The translations under genes and the position numbers were made by a program. The notes beneath the pieces were generated by a model that was not told the origin of the DNA, ran no database searches, and worked only from the letters and a program-made list of their open reading frames with translations. 64,000 bases of DNA from an uncultured Lachnospiraceae bacterium (GTDB taxonomy: Bacteria > Bacillota > Clostridia > Lachnospirales > Lachnospiraceae), in NCBI GenBank assembly GCA_946632055.1, contig CAMPAR010000002.1:10131-74130 (forward strand). The letters run 5' to 3'. This document shows, one piece after another, positions 25,841 through 35,417 of this stretch (position 1 is the stretch's first letter; each line of letters starts with the position of its first letter).

Positions 25841-28774
25841 TCACACGCGGCTGTCGTCGCCGTCCATGAGGTCGGCGAGGTCCACGGCGTTGCCGGTGTG
25901 CGGATGCGTCTTGTGGAAGTCCTTCGTCGCCTCATTGTAGGCTTTGCGCTTCCTCTTCATCTCCTTCGCTTCCTCGGAACCGCTGTTCTTAATGATCTTA
26001 ATGCCGCGCTTCACGGCGTAGGAGAGGAGTCCGCCGACCTTGTCTTCCGCGCGCCGCATGTCGGAATTATCCGGATGGTCGCGGAGAAGGTGGATTGCGT
26101 CGAATTCGCAGCGGGTCGTGCAGAGACCGCAGCCGATGCACTTGTTGGCGTCGACAATCGTAGCGCCGCAGGAAAGGCAGCGGGAAGTTTCGATCTTCAC
26201 CTGCTCTTCGGTAAGGGTCAGCCTCGGATCGCGGAAGCCGTGCTTCGGATCGATCGAAGGATCGACGGCCGGCACCTGGCGTCCGGCGGAGTCGTAGGAA
26301 TCGATGGCGATATTAGTCTTATCGAGTTCCTTGAAGTAGCGGCGGTCGCGGCCGAGCTTCTGAGGAACGCTGTTCTTTGACACAAAGCGCGCGAGGGATT
26401 CCGCCGCTTCGTGGCCCTGTCCGATCGCGTCGATCACGAATTTCGGACCGGTAAAGACGTCGCCGCCGACGAAGATTGCCGGATCATCCGTCTGGTAGGT
26501 GAAGGGATCGGCAATCGGGTAAGCGCCGCGGAACCTGACGTCGGTGCCCTTTAAGAGATCTCCCCACTGAATGGCCTGTCCGATCGCAAATACAATGTGG
26601 TCGGCCTGAACCGTCATCGTATCGTTTTCATCATAGGCGGGAGAGAATTTTCCGGTCGCAGGGTCGATCGTTCTGAGACAGCGCTTCAGCACGAGGCCTG
26701 TAACCGTGCCGTCTTCTCCGACGAGCACTTCCTTCGGGCCCCAGCCCGGGTTCATCCGGACGTTTTCTTCCTCAGCTTCCTGGATTTCCTCCGGGGAGGC
26801 GGGCATCGTGTCACGGGATTCGAGACAGAACATGGAAACCTTCGAGGAACCGAGCCTTCCGGCGGTTCTCGCGCAGTCGATCGCGACGTTTCCGCCGCCG
26901 ATGACGACGGTTTCACCGGGAAGCTCCGTGATCGAGCCGCCGAGCGCGTTTTCAAGGAAATGCACGGCGATGTCGGTGCCTTTCGCGGTTTCATTCGGGA
27001 TGCCGGGGAGACGGCCGCCCTGACAGCCGATCGCGACATAGAAGGCCTGATAGCCCTGCTTCTTCAGTTCGTCAATCGTGATATCCTTTCCGACCTCCAC
27101 GCCGCAGCGGATTTCGGCGCCGAGCGCGCGGATCACGTCGATTTCCGCGGCGATGACGTCCTTCTCCAGCTTGTACGCCGGAATACCGTACTGCATCATG
27201 CCGCCCGGTTTCTCGTGCTTTTCAAAGACCGTCGGCTTGTAGCCGCGGGACGCAAGATAGTAGGCGCAGGAAAGGCCTGCGGGGCCGGCGCCGATGATCG
27301 CGATCTTCTGATTCCAGGAGCCGCTTAAGTTGTTCACAACCTTCTTCGGAATATAGCGGGTTTCGGCCTTCAGGTCCCGCTCTGCCAGGAATTTCTTCAC
27401 GTCGTCAATCGCGACCGGCTTGTCGATTGTGCCTCTCGTGCAGGCGTCTTCACAGCGCTTGTTGCAGACGCGTCCGCAGATCGCCGGGAAGGGGTTCTCG
27501 CGCTTGATGAGCGCGAGCGCCTCGTCGTAGCGGCCTTCTCTGGCCATCCGAAGGTAGCCCTGAATCGGCACGTGAGCGGGGCAGGCGGCCTTGCAGGGCG
27601 CGGTGCCGGTCTTGTGCGTGTTGACGCGGGCGGTGTCGCGGTAGTTTTCGTCCCAGGCGTATTTGCCCCAGCGAAGCGCGTCCGGGATCGGGGACTTCGG
27701 ATACCGGACTTCCGTCCCGTCCTTTTGGCAGAGCTTTTGGCCAAGCTTTAAAGCGCCGGCGGGGCAGACTTCCACGCAGCGGCCGCAGGCGACGCAGTTT
27801 TCCTTCGTAACCTGAGCCGTATAGGCGCTCTTCGACATATTCGGCGTGTTGAAGAGAAGCGAGGTCCGAAGCGCGTTGCAGATCTGGACATTGCAGTTGC
27901 AGATATCGAAGATGTGGTCCTCGCCGTCGATATTCGTGATCTGGTGCACATAGCCGTTTTCTTCGGCCTTCTGAAGGATATCGAGCGCTTCTTCCTTCGT
28001 GATATAGTGCGCCCGGCCGGTTTCGACGGTGTAATCCGCCATGTCGCCCAGCTGGATGCACCAGTCGTTTTCATCGTCCGTGCAGCCCTCGCCGAGCTTC
28101 GCGCGCGAGTAGCGGCAGGAGCAGATGCCGGCGGCGATATGGCCGTCGTACTTCTGCAGCCAGTAGGAGATCTTCTCGATCGAGGCGGCTTCCCGGGTCA
28201 TCTGCACTTCCTTTTCGACCGGGATGACATGCATGCCGATGCCGTTTCCGCCGGGGCGCACCATCGGCGTGATGTGCTCGAGGGGCAGGAAGGTCATGCG
28301 CTCAAACATTCTCGCGACCGCCGGATTCTTATCGACGCGGTCCTGAGAGGAGTTGAAAAGCTCGGCGGAGCCGGGCACAAAGTAGCTCGTGCGGAAGCGC
28401 TTTTCCTTCGGAGCGCCCGGAATCGGGCCGTTGTCGTCATAGTGATCGCCGTAATCGTACTCGACGAAGCCGTGGGTGCAGAGCAGTTCGAGCGCCTTGT
28501 CGAAGCGCTCATTTCCGAGCGCGGCGTTCATTTTCCGAAGCTCTTCCTCGGTGTACCATTTGCGCTGCTTCATCGAAAGCGCGATGTCCACCTCGTCCTC
28601 CGTCAGGATTTCCCGGAGGCCCCAGTACTCCTCGTCGGTCGTTTTCAGCCCGAAGAGCTTGTGCGGCACATTGTCCGTGATTTTCGCGCCGAGCTTCGCG
28701 TATTTCTTCTGAAGCACGGCTTCCCCGTCATACTTTGACTTGGTTTCCGGATTCTGATCATATATTTCCGGCAT
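25841..28774 (-). CDS. 977-aa multi-cluster Fe-S flavoprotein (GltD-like NAD(P)H/FAD oxidoreductase core fused to ferredoxin-like and Cys-rich N-terminal domains)
   Basis: GltD-type strings CKAACPAHVPIQGY..ICGRVCNKRCEDAC, dinucleotide fold IAIIGAGPAGLSCAYYL and a second GGGNVAIDCA. CxxCxxCxxxCP motifs: CVACGRCVEVCP and C-terminal CLSCG..CIGCGLCTTRC. The N-terminal ~330 aa is Cys-rich and of unknown function. Confidence 0.8.
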   Translation of the reverse strand: MPEIYDQNPETKSKYDGEAVLQKKYAKLGAKITDNVPHKLFGLKTTDEEYWGLREILTEDEVDIALSMKQRKWYTEEELRKMNAALGNERFDKALELLCTHGFVEYDYGDHYDDNGPIPGAPKEKRFRTSYFVPGSAELFNSSQDRVDKNPAVARMFERMTFLPLEHITPMVRPGGNGIGMHVIPVEKEVQMTREAASIEKISYWLQKYDGHIAAGICSCRYSRAKLGEGCTDDENDWCIQLGDMADYTVETGRAHYITKEEALDILQKAEENGYVHQITNIDGEDHIFDICNCNVQICNALRTSLLFNTPNMSKSAYTAQVTKENCVACGRCVEVCPAGALKLGQKLCQKDGTEVRYPKSPIPDALRWGKYAWDENYRDTARVNTHKTGTAPCKAACPAHVPIQGYLRMAREGRYDEALALIKRENPFPAICGRVCNKRCEDACTRGTIDKPVAIDDVKKFLAERDLKAETRYIPKKVVNNLSGSWNQKIAIIGAGPAGLSCAYYLASRGYKPTVFEKHEKPGGMMQYGIPAYKLEKDVIAAEIDVIRALGAEIRCGVEVGKDITIDELKKQGYQAFYVAIGCQGGRLPGIPNETAKGTDIAVHFLENALGGSITELPGETVVIGGGNVAIDCARTAGRLGSSKVSMFCLESRDTMPASPEEIQEAEEENVRMNPGWGPKEVLVGEDGTVTGLVLKRCLRTIDPATGKFSPAYDENDTMTVQADHIVFAIGQAIQWGDLLKGTDVRFRGAYPIADPFTYQTDDPAIFVGGDVFTGPKFVIDAIGQGHEAAESLARFVSKNSVPQKLGRDRRYFKELDKTNIAIDSYDSAGRQVPAVDPSIDPKHGFRDPRLTLTEEQVKIETSRCLSCGATIVDANKCIGCGLCTTRCEFDAIHLLRDHPDNSDMRRAEDKVGGLLSYAVKRGIKIIKNSGSEEAKEMKRKRKAYNEATKDFHKTHPHTGNAVDLADLMDGDDSRV

Positions 28775-28810
28775 GTTTCAACCCCTCCCTCTTTGGTATA
28801 TCCTACAGTT

Positions 28811-29485
28811 TTATACAGTGCCCTGCGGGCCCGTTTTCCATTCGTTCATGCGTTCAAGAAGCCAGTCCGTGAGCGCCTTCATCCCTTCCCCGGTTTTGGC
28901 CGAAACCGGGAAGACAGAAAGCCCGGGATTCAGCTTTTTCGCGCGCTCTTTGCACTTTTCGAGATCAAAATCGAACCAGGGCAGCGCGTCCAGCTTTGTC
29001 ACGACCAGCGCGTCGGATTTCTGAAACATCAGCGGATATTTCAGGGGCTTGTCGTCGCCCTCCGGAACGCTGAGAATCATCATGCTGAGTCCGGCGCCGG
29101 TGTCGTATTCGGCGGGACAGATCAGGTTTCCGACATTTTCAAGAAAGGCGAGATCGTACGCGCCGGATTCCAGTGCTTTTACGGATTCCCAGGTCATCCC
29201 GGCGTCCATATGGCACATGCCGTCCGTATGAACCTGGACGGCTTCGGCGCCGAGCGCTTCAATCCTTTCCGCGTCGACGGTGGATTCGATATCGGCTTCG
29301 AGAACGGCAATCCGCGTGTCCGGAAGCTCCCGGATGATCCGCGAAAGAAGCGTCGTCTTTCCGGCCCCGGGGCTGGACATCAGGTTGACAAGAAGCGTGC
29401 CCTGACGGCGCATTTCGGCGCGCAGCGCGTCGGCCTCCCGGTCATTTTCTGCCGTGACGGAAGCGTGGAGTTCAATGACCTTCAT
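28811..29485 (-). CDS. hypB: nickel-dependent GTPase HypB (paralog 1)
   Basis: P-loop SSPGAGKTT, metal-site CHMD, ENVGNLICPA, TKLD. No His-rich or CxxCGC N-terminus. Confidence 0.9.
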   Translation of the reverse strand: MKVIELHASVTAENDREADALRAEMRRQGTLLVNLMSSPGAGKTTLLSRIIRELPDTRIAVLEADIESTVDAERIEALGAEAVQVHTDGMCHMDAGMTWESVKALESGAYDLAFLENVGNLICPAEYDTGAGLSMMILSVPEGDDKPLKYPLMFQKSDALVVTKLDALPWFDFDLEKCKERAKKLNPGLSVFPVSAKTGEGMKALTDWLLERMNEWKTGPQGTV

Positions 29486-30168
29486 GTGGCGGAGCCTCCT
29501 TTCCTTGCGGCCTGCAGCCTCTCGTCCAGGAAGCGGCAGAACGCCTCATAGCCTTCGCCGGTTCTTGCGGATACCGGGAAAACGGAAAGACCGGGATTCA
29601 GTTTCAGGGCCCGCGCCGAAGCCGACGCCTCGTCAAAATCGAAGACCGCCTTCGTGTCGGTCTTGCTGATGAGAAGACAGTCGCTGATCTGAAACATCAG
29701 CGGGTACTTTAAGGGCTTGTCGTCGCCCTCCGGGACTGACAGGATCATCACGCGTAGATCCGCGCCGACCTCAAACTCCGCCGGACACACCAGGTTTCCG
29801 ACGTTTTCGAGAATGACGAGGTCAAGATCCCGGATCCCGAGCGCCTGAAGCCCGCGTCGCGTCATATCCGCGTCCATGTGGCAGAGCCCGCCGGTGTGAA
29901 TCTGGATGACCTTCGTGCCGGTCTCCGCGACGGTTTTTGCGTCCGTATCGCCGTCCGCATCGGCCTCCATGACGCCGATCCGGTATTTCCTTCCGAGCCT
30001 TTTCACGATCTCCAGCACCGTACTCGTTTTTCCGGCCCCGGGGCTTCCCATGAGGTTCAGGAGAACGGTTCCGTTTTCCGAAAGCATGCGCCGGTTTTCC
30101 TCGGCGGCTTTATCATTGTCCGCCAGGACCTGTTCCTTGATTTCAACGATTTCGAAATGATTTTCCAT
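29482..30168 (-). CDS. hypB: nickel-dependent GTPase HypB (paralog 2)
   Basis: GSPGAGKTS, CHMD, ENVGNLVCPA, SKTD. Its stop overlaps the paralog-1 start (ATGA). Start chosen at MENHFEIV. Confidence 0.9.
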   Translation of the reverse strand: MENHFEIVEIKEQVLADNDKAAEENRRMLSENGTVLLNLMGSPGAGKTSTVLEIVKRLGRKYRIGVMEADADGDTDAKTVAETGTKVIQIHTGGLCHMDADMTRRGLQALGIRDLDLVILENVGNLVCPAEFEVGADLRVMILSVPEGDDKPLKYPLMFQISDCLLISKTDTKAVFDFDEASASARALKLNPGLSVFPVSARTGEGYEAFCRFLDERLQAARKGGSAT

Positions 30169-30269
30169 GTTTTTTCTCCGTCTCCTAAGTATAGCAGAAA
30201 CCGGGGACCTTTTGCAAGCCGAAATCATTTTGTCGGGCGGCCGTTTTTTTAGAAATGTTCAAGTAAATG

Positions 30270-30309
30270 CTTTTTTGTTGGACATCTGTTGGACATGCCG
30301 GATTATAAT
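30270..30309 (+). promoter_or_regulatory. 26-nt conserved element with TTGGACA-N4-TTGGACA direct repeat (copy 2) plus -10 box
   Basis: CTTTTTTGTTGGACATCTGTTGGACA (30270-30295) is identical to 23704-23729. TATAAT at 30304-30309. About 80 nt upstream of the 733-aa gene. Confidence 0.5.
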
Positions 30310-30376
30310 GTCATAAGAAAAATAAACATCCGTCCCTATTGTCAATTATTGAATCAGAAAATACAGGAGAAAAACC

Positions 30377-32578
30377 ATGGCCATTACCGTTCAACAGTTA
30401 AGAGAAAACCTCAACCAGAGCCTTCAGTCCGCGAGGATTGCGGAGGTTTCCGAAGAGCAGAAGATGCTTCGCATCGCCGAAGTGCTGGCTTATTTCCGGG
30501 AACTGAGCCGGGTGGAAGAAAACGGCGGAGCCGTCGATATCGACGAGGTAAACCGTAACCTGCGGGTCGTTCTCGACGGATCGGCGCTGAAAGCCCTATC
30601 GAGGCGCGGGCTGCTTGGCGAACTCGCCGCCATGACGCCGCAGGCGATGAACCAGCGTGTTCGCGCGCTCGAAGCCGAAATCGGCCGTTATCCTGCCGGA
30701 AATGCAGAAGATGCGGCCGCGGCCGGGAATATTTTCGCGCAGATGGACCGTACTTGGCGTGTCAGCAGCAACAGTGCGGAGTACCGCGAAGCTTTGCAGG
30801 CCATGCGGGACATTTCAAACGGCGGCGGGCCTTCGCAGACGGACAATTATCTTGCGGCCGAGAGCCTGAAAAAGTATGTTCAGAAGAATCTGAACAAGGC
30901 GAAATCCACGGTCGGAAAGACGCGCATGGCCTGTTCTCTCGCTTTTCTGAAGAAAACCATGTCCGAGCAGGATTTCCGCGCCTACTGCAGTAATCTGAAC
31001 GGACTGCGGCGTGTTACGGGCAATATCGCCGCAAACGGGGTGGTGGAATTTGACAGGACGAATCCCCGCGCCATTATCCCCGAGGAAATCGGGACGATCC
31101 GGGAAGTCTACAATGCTGCGCGGGAACGCATCAGCCTGGCGGCGCAGGAAAACCGGAAGCCCGCCCCGCGCGATCTCGCGATGCTGACCGCGCTGAAGAC
31201 GATGGAAGCGAAGAACCGGAACCGCGGCGGCGGTAATCTGATCGTGGAGCATGAGTCGCTGCAGGAGGAAATCGAGAAGGTGATGCGGGATCCCCGCTTT
31301 ACAAACGCGATTGCGAACCGCACGGCCGACGAGCTCTGCGAGATGGGCTTCGGCGGAAATCTCGATACGCTCCAGGGCTATACTGCTCCCTTAAGACCGG
31401 AGCAGCAGGAGCGGGTCAACGCGGCGAGAGACCAGGAGGAGGCCGACAGAAGAGAGAACCTGCGCAACCAGTTGAATGAAAAACAGAGAGCCTGGGAAGC
31501 GGAGGAAAAGAAGATCGCAGATGCCCGCATGCAGAAGGTCCGGGAGGCGGAGGAAGCAAGGAGAAAGGAACAGGAGCGCATCCGTAAAGAGCAGGAAGAA
31601 CAGAAATTCCTGAAGGAGCACAAGTCTGTAACTGAAATGCTCAGAGAGCTTCTTCCGACCATTACGAAGCTGGACAGGAGCATCAGCGCGAAAAAGAAAG
31701 AGGAAAAACCGAAGGGAGACCTGGTGGACGATGCCTTCGAGCTTTTGAATGAAAAGAAGGAGCCGAAGCCGACGGATCACATGGTGGAAGACCTGATGGA
31801 CGAAATCCTGAACGATACCAAGCTGAAGGAGAAGGATCTCATCGATCTTACAGCGACGCTGATCGCCATTGGGGAAGGCGAGAAAAGTACGAAGTTGGAT
31901 CCGAAATACCCCGACAAGATGCTGAATATTCAGCAGGTGAAGAAGCACGCTGATCAGCTGAAAAAGGATCCTATTGTCAAAGAAGCGGCAAAGGACCTCC
32001 AGAATCTGTACCGGGAAGGCGTGAAGAACGCCAACAAGACCAATTACAGTGAAGACAACGTAAAACTGTATCCTGCGGTCTACATGTCTGCGTCCTTGTT
32101 GAAAGATTACAGGAAAAAAGTGAAGACGAAGGAACGGCTGGACAAAATGGTTATAGCAGACTACTACAAATCCGTTAGCCCGAAGACGGATGCGCTGTTC
32201 CGTCAGGAAAAAAAGATGAATGATAAGATAGCCACGAATCTTGCCGGTTACCTTGTGGCGCTGCATGAATTTGAAGTGAAAAACGGCGGCGTTAACGCGC
32301 ATTTGGACTTCGACGCCTTAAGGAATCGCCGTGAAGAACTGAAGAAGGATCCGGTCATCCAACAGATGGGCAAGGACCTGATGGAGCCGGCAATGCAGAA
32401 GAAGCTTCAGCGGACCGTCGTGATGATGGAAAACCGCGAGCACGCGTTCGGGGAAATGCTGGACAACATGTACCAGGATCTGACGGCCCAGAAGAATGCC
32501 CAGACAGGACCGAAGAAGCCGGAAGAAAACAATGCGCCCCAACCGGGAAACAATGCACCTCAGCCGGGCGTACACTGA
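30377..32578 (+). CDS. 733-aa hypothetical protein with internal repeats and a central charged coiled-coil
   Basis: Long uninterrupted ORF with an SD (AGGAGA). No signal peptide or TM. Repeated module ending in KKDP(I/V).. and a NNAPQPG x2 tail. No family recognised. Confidence 0.7.
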   Translation: MAITVQQLRENLNQSLQSARIAEVSEEQKMLRIAEVLAYFRELSRVEENGGAVDIDEVNRNLRVVLDGSALKALSRRGLLGELAAMTPQAMNQRVRALEAEIGRYPAGNAEDAAAAGNIFAQMDRTWRVSSNSAEYREALQAMRDISNGGGPSQTDNYLAAESLKKYVQKNLNKAKSTVGKTRMACSLAFLKKTMSEQDFRAYCSNLNGLRRVTGNIAANGVVEFDRTNPRAIIPEEIGTIREVYNAARERISLAAQENRKPAPRDLAMLTALKTMEAKNRNRGGGNLIVEHESLQEEIEKVMRDPRFTNAIANRTADELCEMGFGGNLDTLQGYTAPLRPEQQERVNAARDQEEADRRENLRNQLNEKQRAWEAEEKKIADARMQKVREAEEARRKEQERIRKEQEEQKFLKEHKSVTEMLRELLPTITKLDRSISAKKKEEKPKGDLVDDAFELLNEKKEPKPTDHMVEDLMDEILNDTKLKEKDLIDLTATLIAIGEGEKSTKLDPKYPDKMLNIQQVKKHADQLKKDPIVKEAAKDLQNLYREGVKNANKTNYSEDNVKLYPAVYMSASLLKDYRKKVKTKERLDKMVIADYYKSVSPKTDALFRQEKKMNDKIATNLAGYLVALHEFEVKNGGVNAHLDFDALRNRREELKKDPVIQQMGKDLMEPAMQKKLQRTVVMMENREHAFGEMLDNMYQDLTAQKNAQTGPKKPEENNAPQPGNNAPQPGVH

Positions 32579-32617
32579 AAAAGGACTTTCTTTTTTCACA
32601 AATATAAGGTATACTGT

Positions 32618-32653
32618 AAGGCGCCGGGCTAAGTTCCGGCGCCTTGAATTTTT
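32618..32653 (+). terminator. rho-independent terminator
   Basis: AAGGCGCCGG / CCGGCGCCTT stem followed by GAATTTTTC. Confidence 0.75.
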
Positions 32654-32692
32654 CTTATATGTCAATAAAACAGAGAGAGTGAATAAAGATTT

Positions 32693-33424
32693 ATGCTTGA
32701 ACTGAAAAATATTTCCTTTATGGTCGATTCGGAGGGAGCGGATAAGGAGATTATCCGGGATATTTCCCTCACGATTCCCGACCGCAAGATGGTTGTCGTC
32801 ACCGGCCCGAACGGCGGCGGCAAATCGACGCTGGCGCGTCTCATCGCCGGCATTGAAAAGCCGACTTCCGGAAAGATCCTCCTGAACGGCGAAGACATTA
32901 CGGACAAATCCATCACGGAGCGCGCGAATCTCGGCATCGGCTTTGCCTTTCAGCAGCCGGTGCGCTTCAAGGGCATCCGCGTTATCGACCTGATCCGTCT
33001 CGCCTCCGGGAACCGCCGCATGTCGATCGCAAACGCCTGCGAATATCTGTCCGCCGTGGGCCTCTGCGCCATGGATTATATCGACCGCGAGGTGAATTCC
33101 TCGCTGTCCGGCGGCGAACTGAAGCGCATCGAGATCGCGACGGTGATTGCCCGCGCGACGAAGCTTTCGGTTTTTGACGAGCCCGAGGCCGGCATCGATC
33201 TGTGGTCCTTCCAGAACCTGATCGAGGTGTTCCGCCGCCTCAGGGAGAACATTGAGGACAGCTCGATCATGATCATTTCGCATCAGGAGCGGATCCTGAA
33301 TATTGCGGACGAAATCGTGGTCTTAAAGGACGGCGTCGTGGAGAAGCAGGGTCCGAGGGAAGAGATCCTTCCGGGGCTTCTCGGGACGGCATCGGCGGTG
33401 GAAAGCTGCCGGATGGCACAGTAA
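32693..33424 (+). CDS. sufC: Fe-S cluster assembly ATPase SufC
   Basis: 243 aa ABC ATPase (GPNGGGKST, LSGGELKR) immediately followed by a SufB/D-family gene. Confidence 0.8.
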   Translation: MLELKNISFMVDSEGADKEIIRDISLTIPDRKMVVVTGPNGGGKSTLARLIAGIEKPTSGKILLNGEDITDKSITERANLGIGFAFQQPVRFKGIRVIDLIRLASGNRRMSIANACEYLSAVGLCAMDYIDREVNSSLSGGELKRIEIATVIARATKLSVFDEPEAGIDLWSFQNLIEVFRRLRENIEDSSIMIISHQERILNIADEIVVLKDGVVEKQGPREEILPGLLGTASAVESCRMAQ

Positions 33425-33438
33425 GGAGGAACGTGAAG

Positions 33439-34365
33439 ATGAATAAACCGGATGAGATCCAGCTGAGACTTTTAAGAGAAGTCGCCGACCTTCACGATAT
33501 TCCGGAAGGCGCCTACAACATCCGCGCGAACGGCGAATCCGCTGGCAGACGCTCGACGGAGAACATCGAGATTATCAGCAAGACCGACGTCAGCGGCCTT
33601 GAGATTCATATCAAACCGGGCACGAAGAAGGAAAGCGTGCACATACCGGTCGTCATGACCCAGACCGGCCTCAAGGAAGTGGTCTACAATGATTTCTTCA
33701 TCGGCGAGGATGCGGAGGTCGTGATCGTTGCGGGCTGCGGCATTGATAACTGCGGGCCGAAGGACTCCGAGCACGACGGCATCCACCGCTTCTATGTCGG
33801 GAAAAACGCGAAGGTGCGCTATGTCGAGAAGCATTACGGCTCCGGCGACGGGACCGGGAAGAGAATCCTGAACCCCGGCACGGAGGTCTACCAGGAGGAA
33901 GGCTCCTCGGTCGAGATGGAAATGGTGCAGATCAAGGGCGTGGACGACACGATCCGTACGACGACCGCCGAGCTCGCGGCCGGCGCGAAGCTGGTCGTGA
34001 GGGAGCGCCTGATGACGCACGGCGAGCAGAACGCCGTCTCGACCTATGTCATCAACTTAAACGGGGAAGGCTCCTCTGCGGATGTCGTGTCCCGCTCGGT
34101 TGCGCGCGACAGCTCCTTCCAGAAATTCGACGCGAAGATCGTCGGCTCCGCCGCCTGCTCCGGGCATACCGAATGCGACTCTATCATCATGGACAACGGC
34201 CGCATCCTGGCGGTTCCCGGCCTTGAAGCAAACAGCGTCGACGCCGCGCTCGTGCATGAAGCCGCGATCGGCAAGATCGCCGGCGACCAGATCATCAAGC
34301 TCATGACGCTCGGCCTCACCGAAGCCGAAGCCGAAGAGCAGATCATCAACGGATTCCTGCGGTAA
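33439..34365 (+). CDS. SufB/SufD family Fe-S assembly scaffold protein
   Basis: About 308 aa. Beta-helix-like repeats and a C-terminal region typical of short clostridial SufBD proteins. Gene context with sufC. Confidence 0.7.
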   Translation: MNKPDEIQLRLLREVADLHDIPEGAYNIRANGESAGRRSTENIEIISKTDVSGLEIHIKPGTKKESVHIPVVMTQTGLKEVVYNDFFIGEDAEVVIVAGCGIDNCGPKDSEHDGIHRFYVGKNAKVRYVEKHYGSGDGTGKRILNPGTEVYQEEGSSVEMEMVQIKGVDDTIRTTTAELAAGAKLVVRERLMTHGEQNAVSTYVINLNGEGSSADVVSRSVARDSSFQKFDAKIVGSAACSGHTECDSIIMDNGRILAVPGLEANSVDAALVHEAAIGKIAGDQIIKLMTLGLTEAEAEEQIINGFLR

Positions 34366-34507
34366 CGGGGACAGGTTCCAAATGACTAATTTAGTCATCC
34401 GGGGACAGGTTCCAAATGCTCAATTTAGTCATCCGGGGACAGACCTCCGGAATATCGGCCGGAAGAAATAAAAAAATTTTTCATTTGGATTTATCATAAA
34501 CAACAGT

Positions 34508-34559
34508 AAGAAGTCATCATTTTCTTAAGGAAACTCAAGGAAAGATGACTTCTTTTTTT
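34508..34559 (+). terminator. rho-independent terminator inside the cassette, upstream of the RAYT promoter
   Basis: AAGAAGTCATC / GATGACTTCTT stem followed by a T-run. Confidence 0.65.
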
Positions 34560-34664
34560 GAAATCAGATCAAAAACTATGACAAAATAATACACAAAAAG
34601 ATGGATTTACAAAAAGCATAGATTCTGCTATAATCTTCGAATCAGTATTTGAGAGGTGAAGACC

Positions 34665-35417
34665 ATGGCAAGAACAGCAAGGAGAAAAAGCAGCAGCGGA
34701 TATTATCATATCATGATCCGAGGGGTGAACAAGCAGGTTATTTTCAATGATGATCAGGATCGGCGGCACTTTGTCCGGGTGATGAGGACGATGCTGGAGA
34801 GGGACAGCGCGGAGCTTGCCGCATATTGCCTGATGAATAATCATGTGCATTTTCTGCTTCGCGCCGATGATCCGGGTGCATTCCTCAAAAGAATTGCTTC
34901 GTCGTATGTATATTACTATAACAGGAAGTATGACCGCGTGGGGCACCTGTTTCAGGACCGCTTCAAGAGTGAGCCGGTCGACGACGAAAGCTATTTCCTC
35001 ACGGTGTTCAGATATATTTTAAGAAATCCGGAAGCGGCGGGGATCTGCAAAACCGAAGAATATCCGTGGAGCAGTTATCGGGAAATGTCAGGGCAGCAGG
35101 ACATTTGCACATGCTCCCTGGCGGCGAGGCTGGCGGGCGGTCTTGAAGCGCTGGAGGCGTTTGTGAGCTGCGACAATGAGGATGAGTGTATGGATCTGGA
35201 TAAAAAGAAAGACATGGATGAGCAGGAAATTCGAATGCTTGTGAAAGAGCTTGCCCGTGTTGAAGAGCCTGAATATATCAGGGGACTTCCCAAAGACAGG
35301 CGGGATCAGATGATCCGCGGACTGCTGCTGGCGGGCCTGACGCCGCGCCAGCTTTCTGCAGTGACGCATATTTCAAGAGATACGATAAGGAAAGTTCAGG
35401 GGTCTGTCCCTTCGTGA
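34665..35417 (+). CDS. REP-associated tyrosine transposase (IS200/IS605-like Y1 HUH transposase, RAYT type)
   Basis: 250 aa. YHIMIRG, HUH motif HVHFLL, GHLFQDRFKS, catalytic-Tyr region FRYILRNP. Single gene, no tnpB. Flanked by REPs. Confidence 0.85.
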   Translation: MARTARRKSSSGYYHIMIRGVNKQVIFNDDQDRRHFVRVMRTMLERDSAELAAYCLMNNHVHFLLRADDPGAFLKRIASSYVYYYNRKYDRVGHLFQDRFKSEPVDDESYFLTVFRYILRNPEAAGICKTEEYPWSSYREMSGQQDICTCSLAARLAGGLEALEAFVSCDNEDECMDLDKKKDMDEQEIRMLVKELARVEEPEYIRGLPKDRRDQMIRGLLLAGLTPRQLSAVTHISRDTIRKVQGSVPS

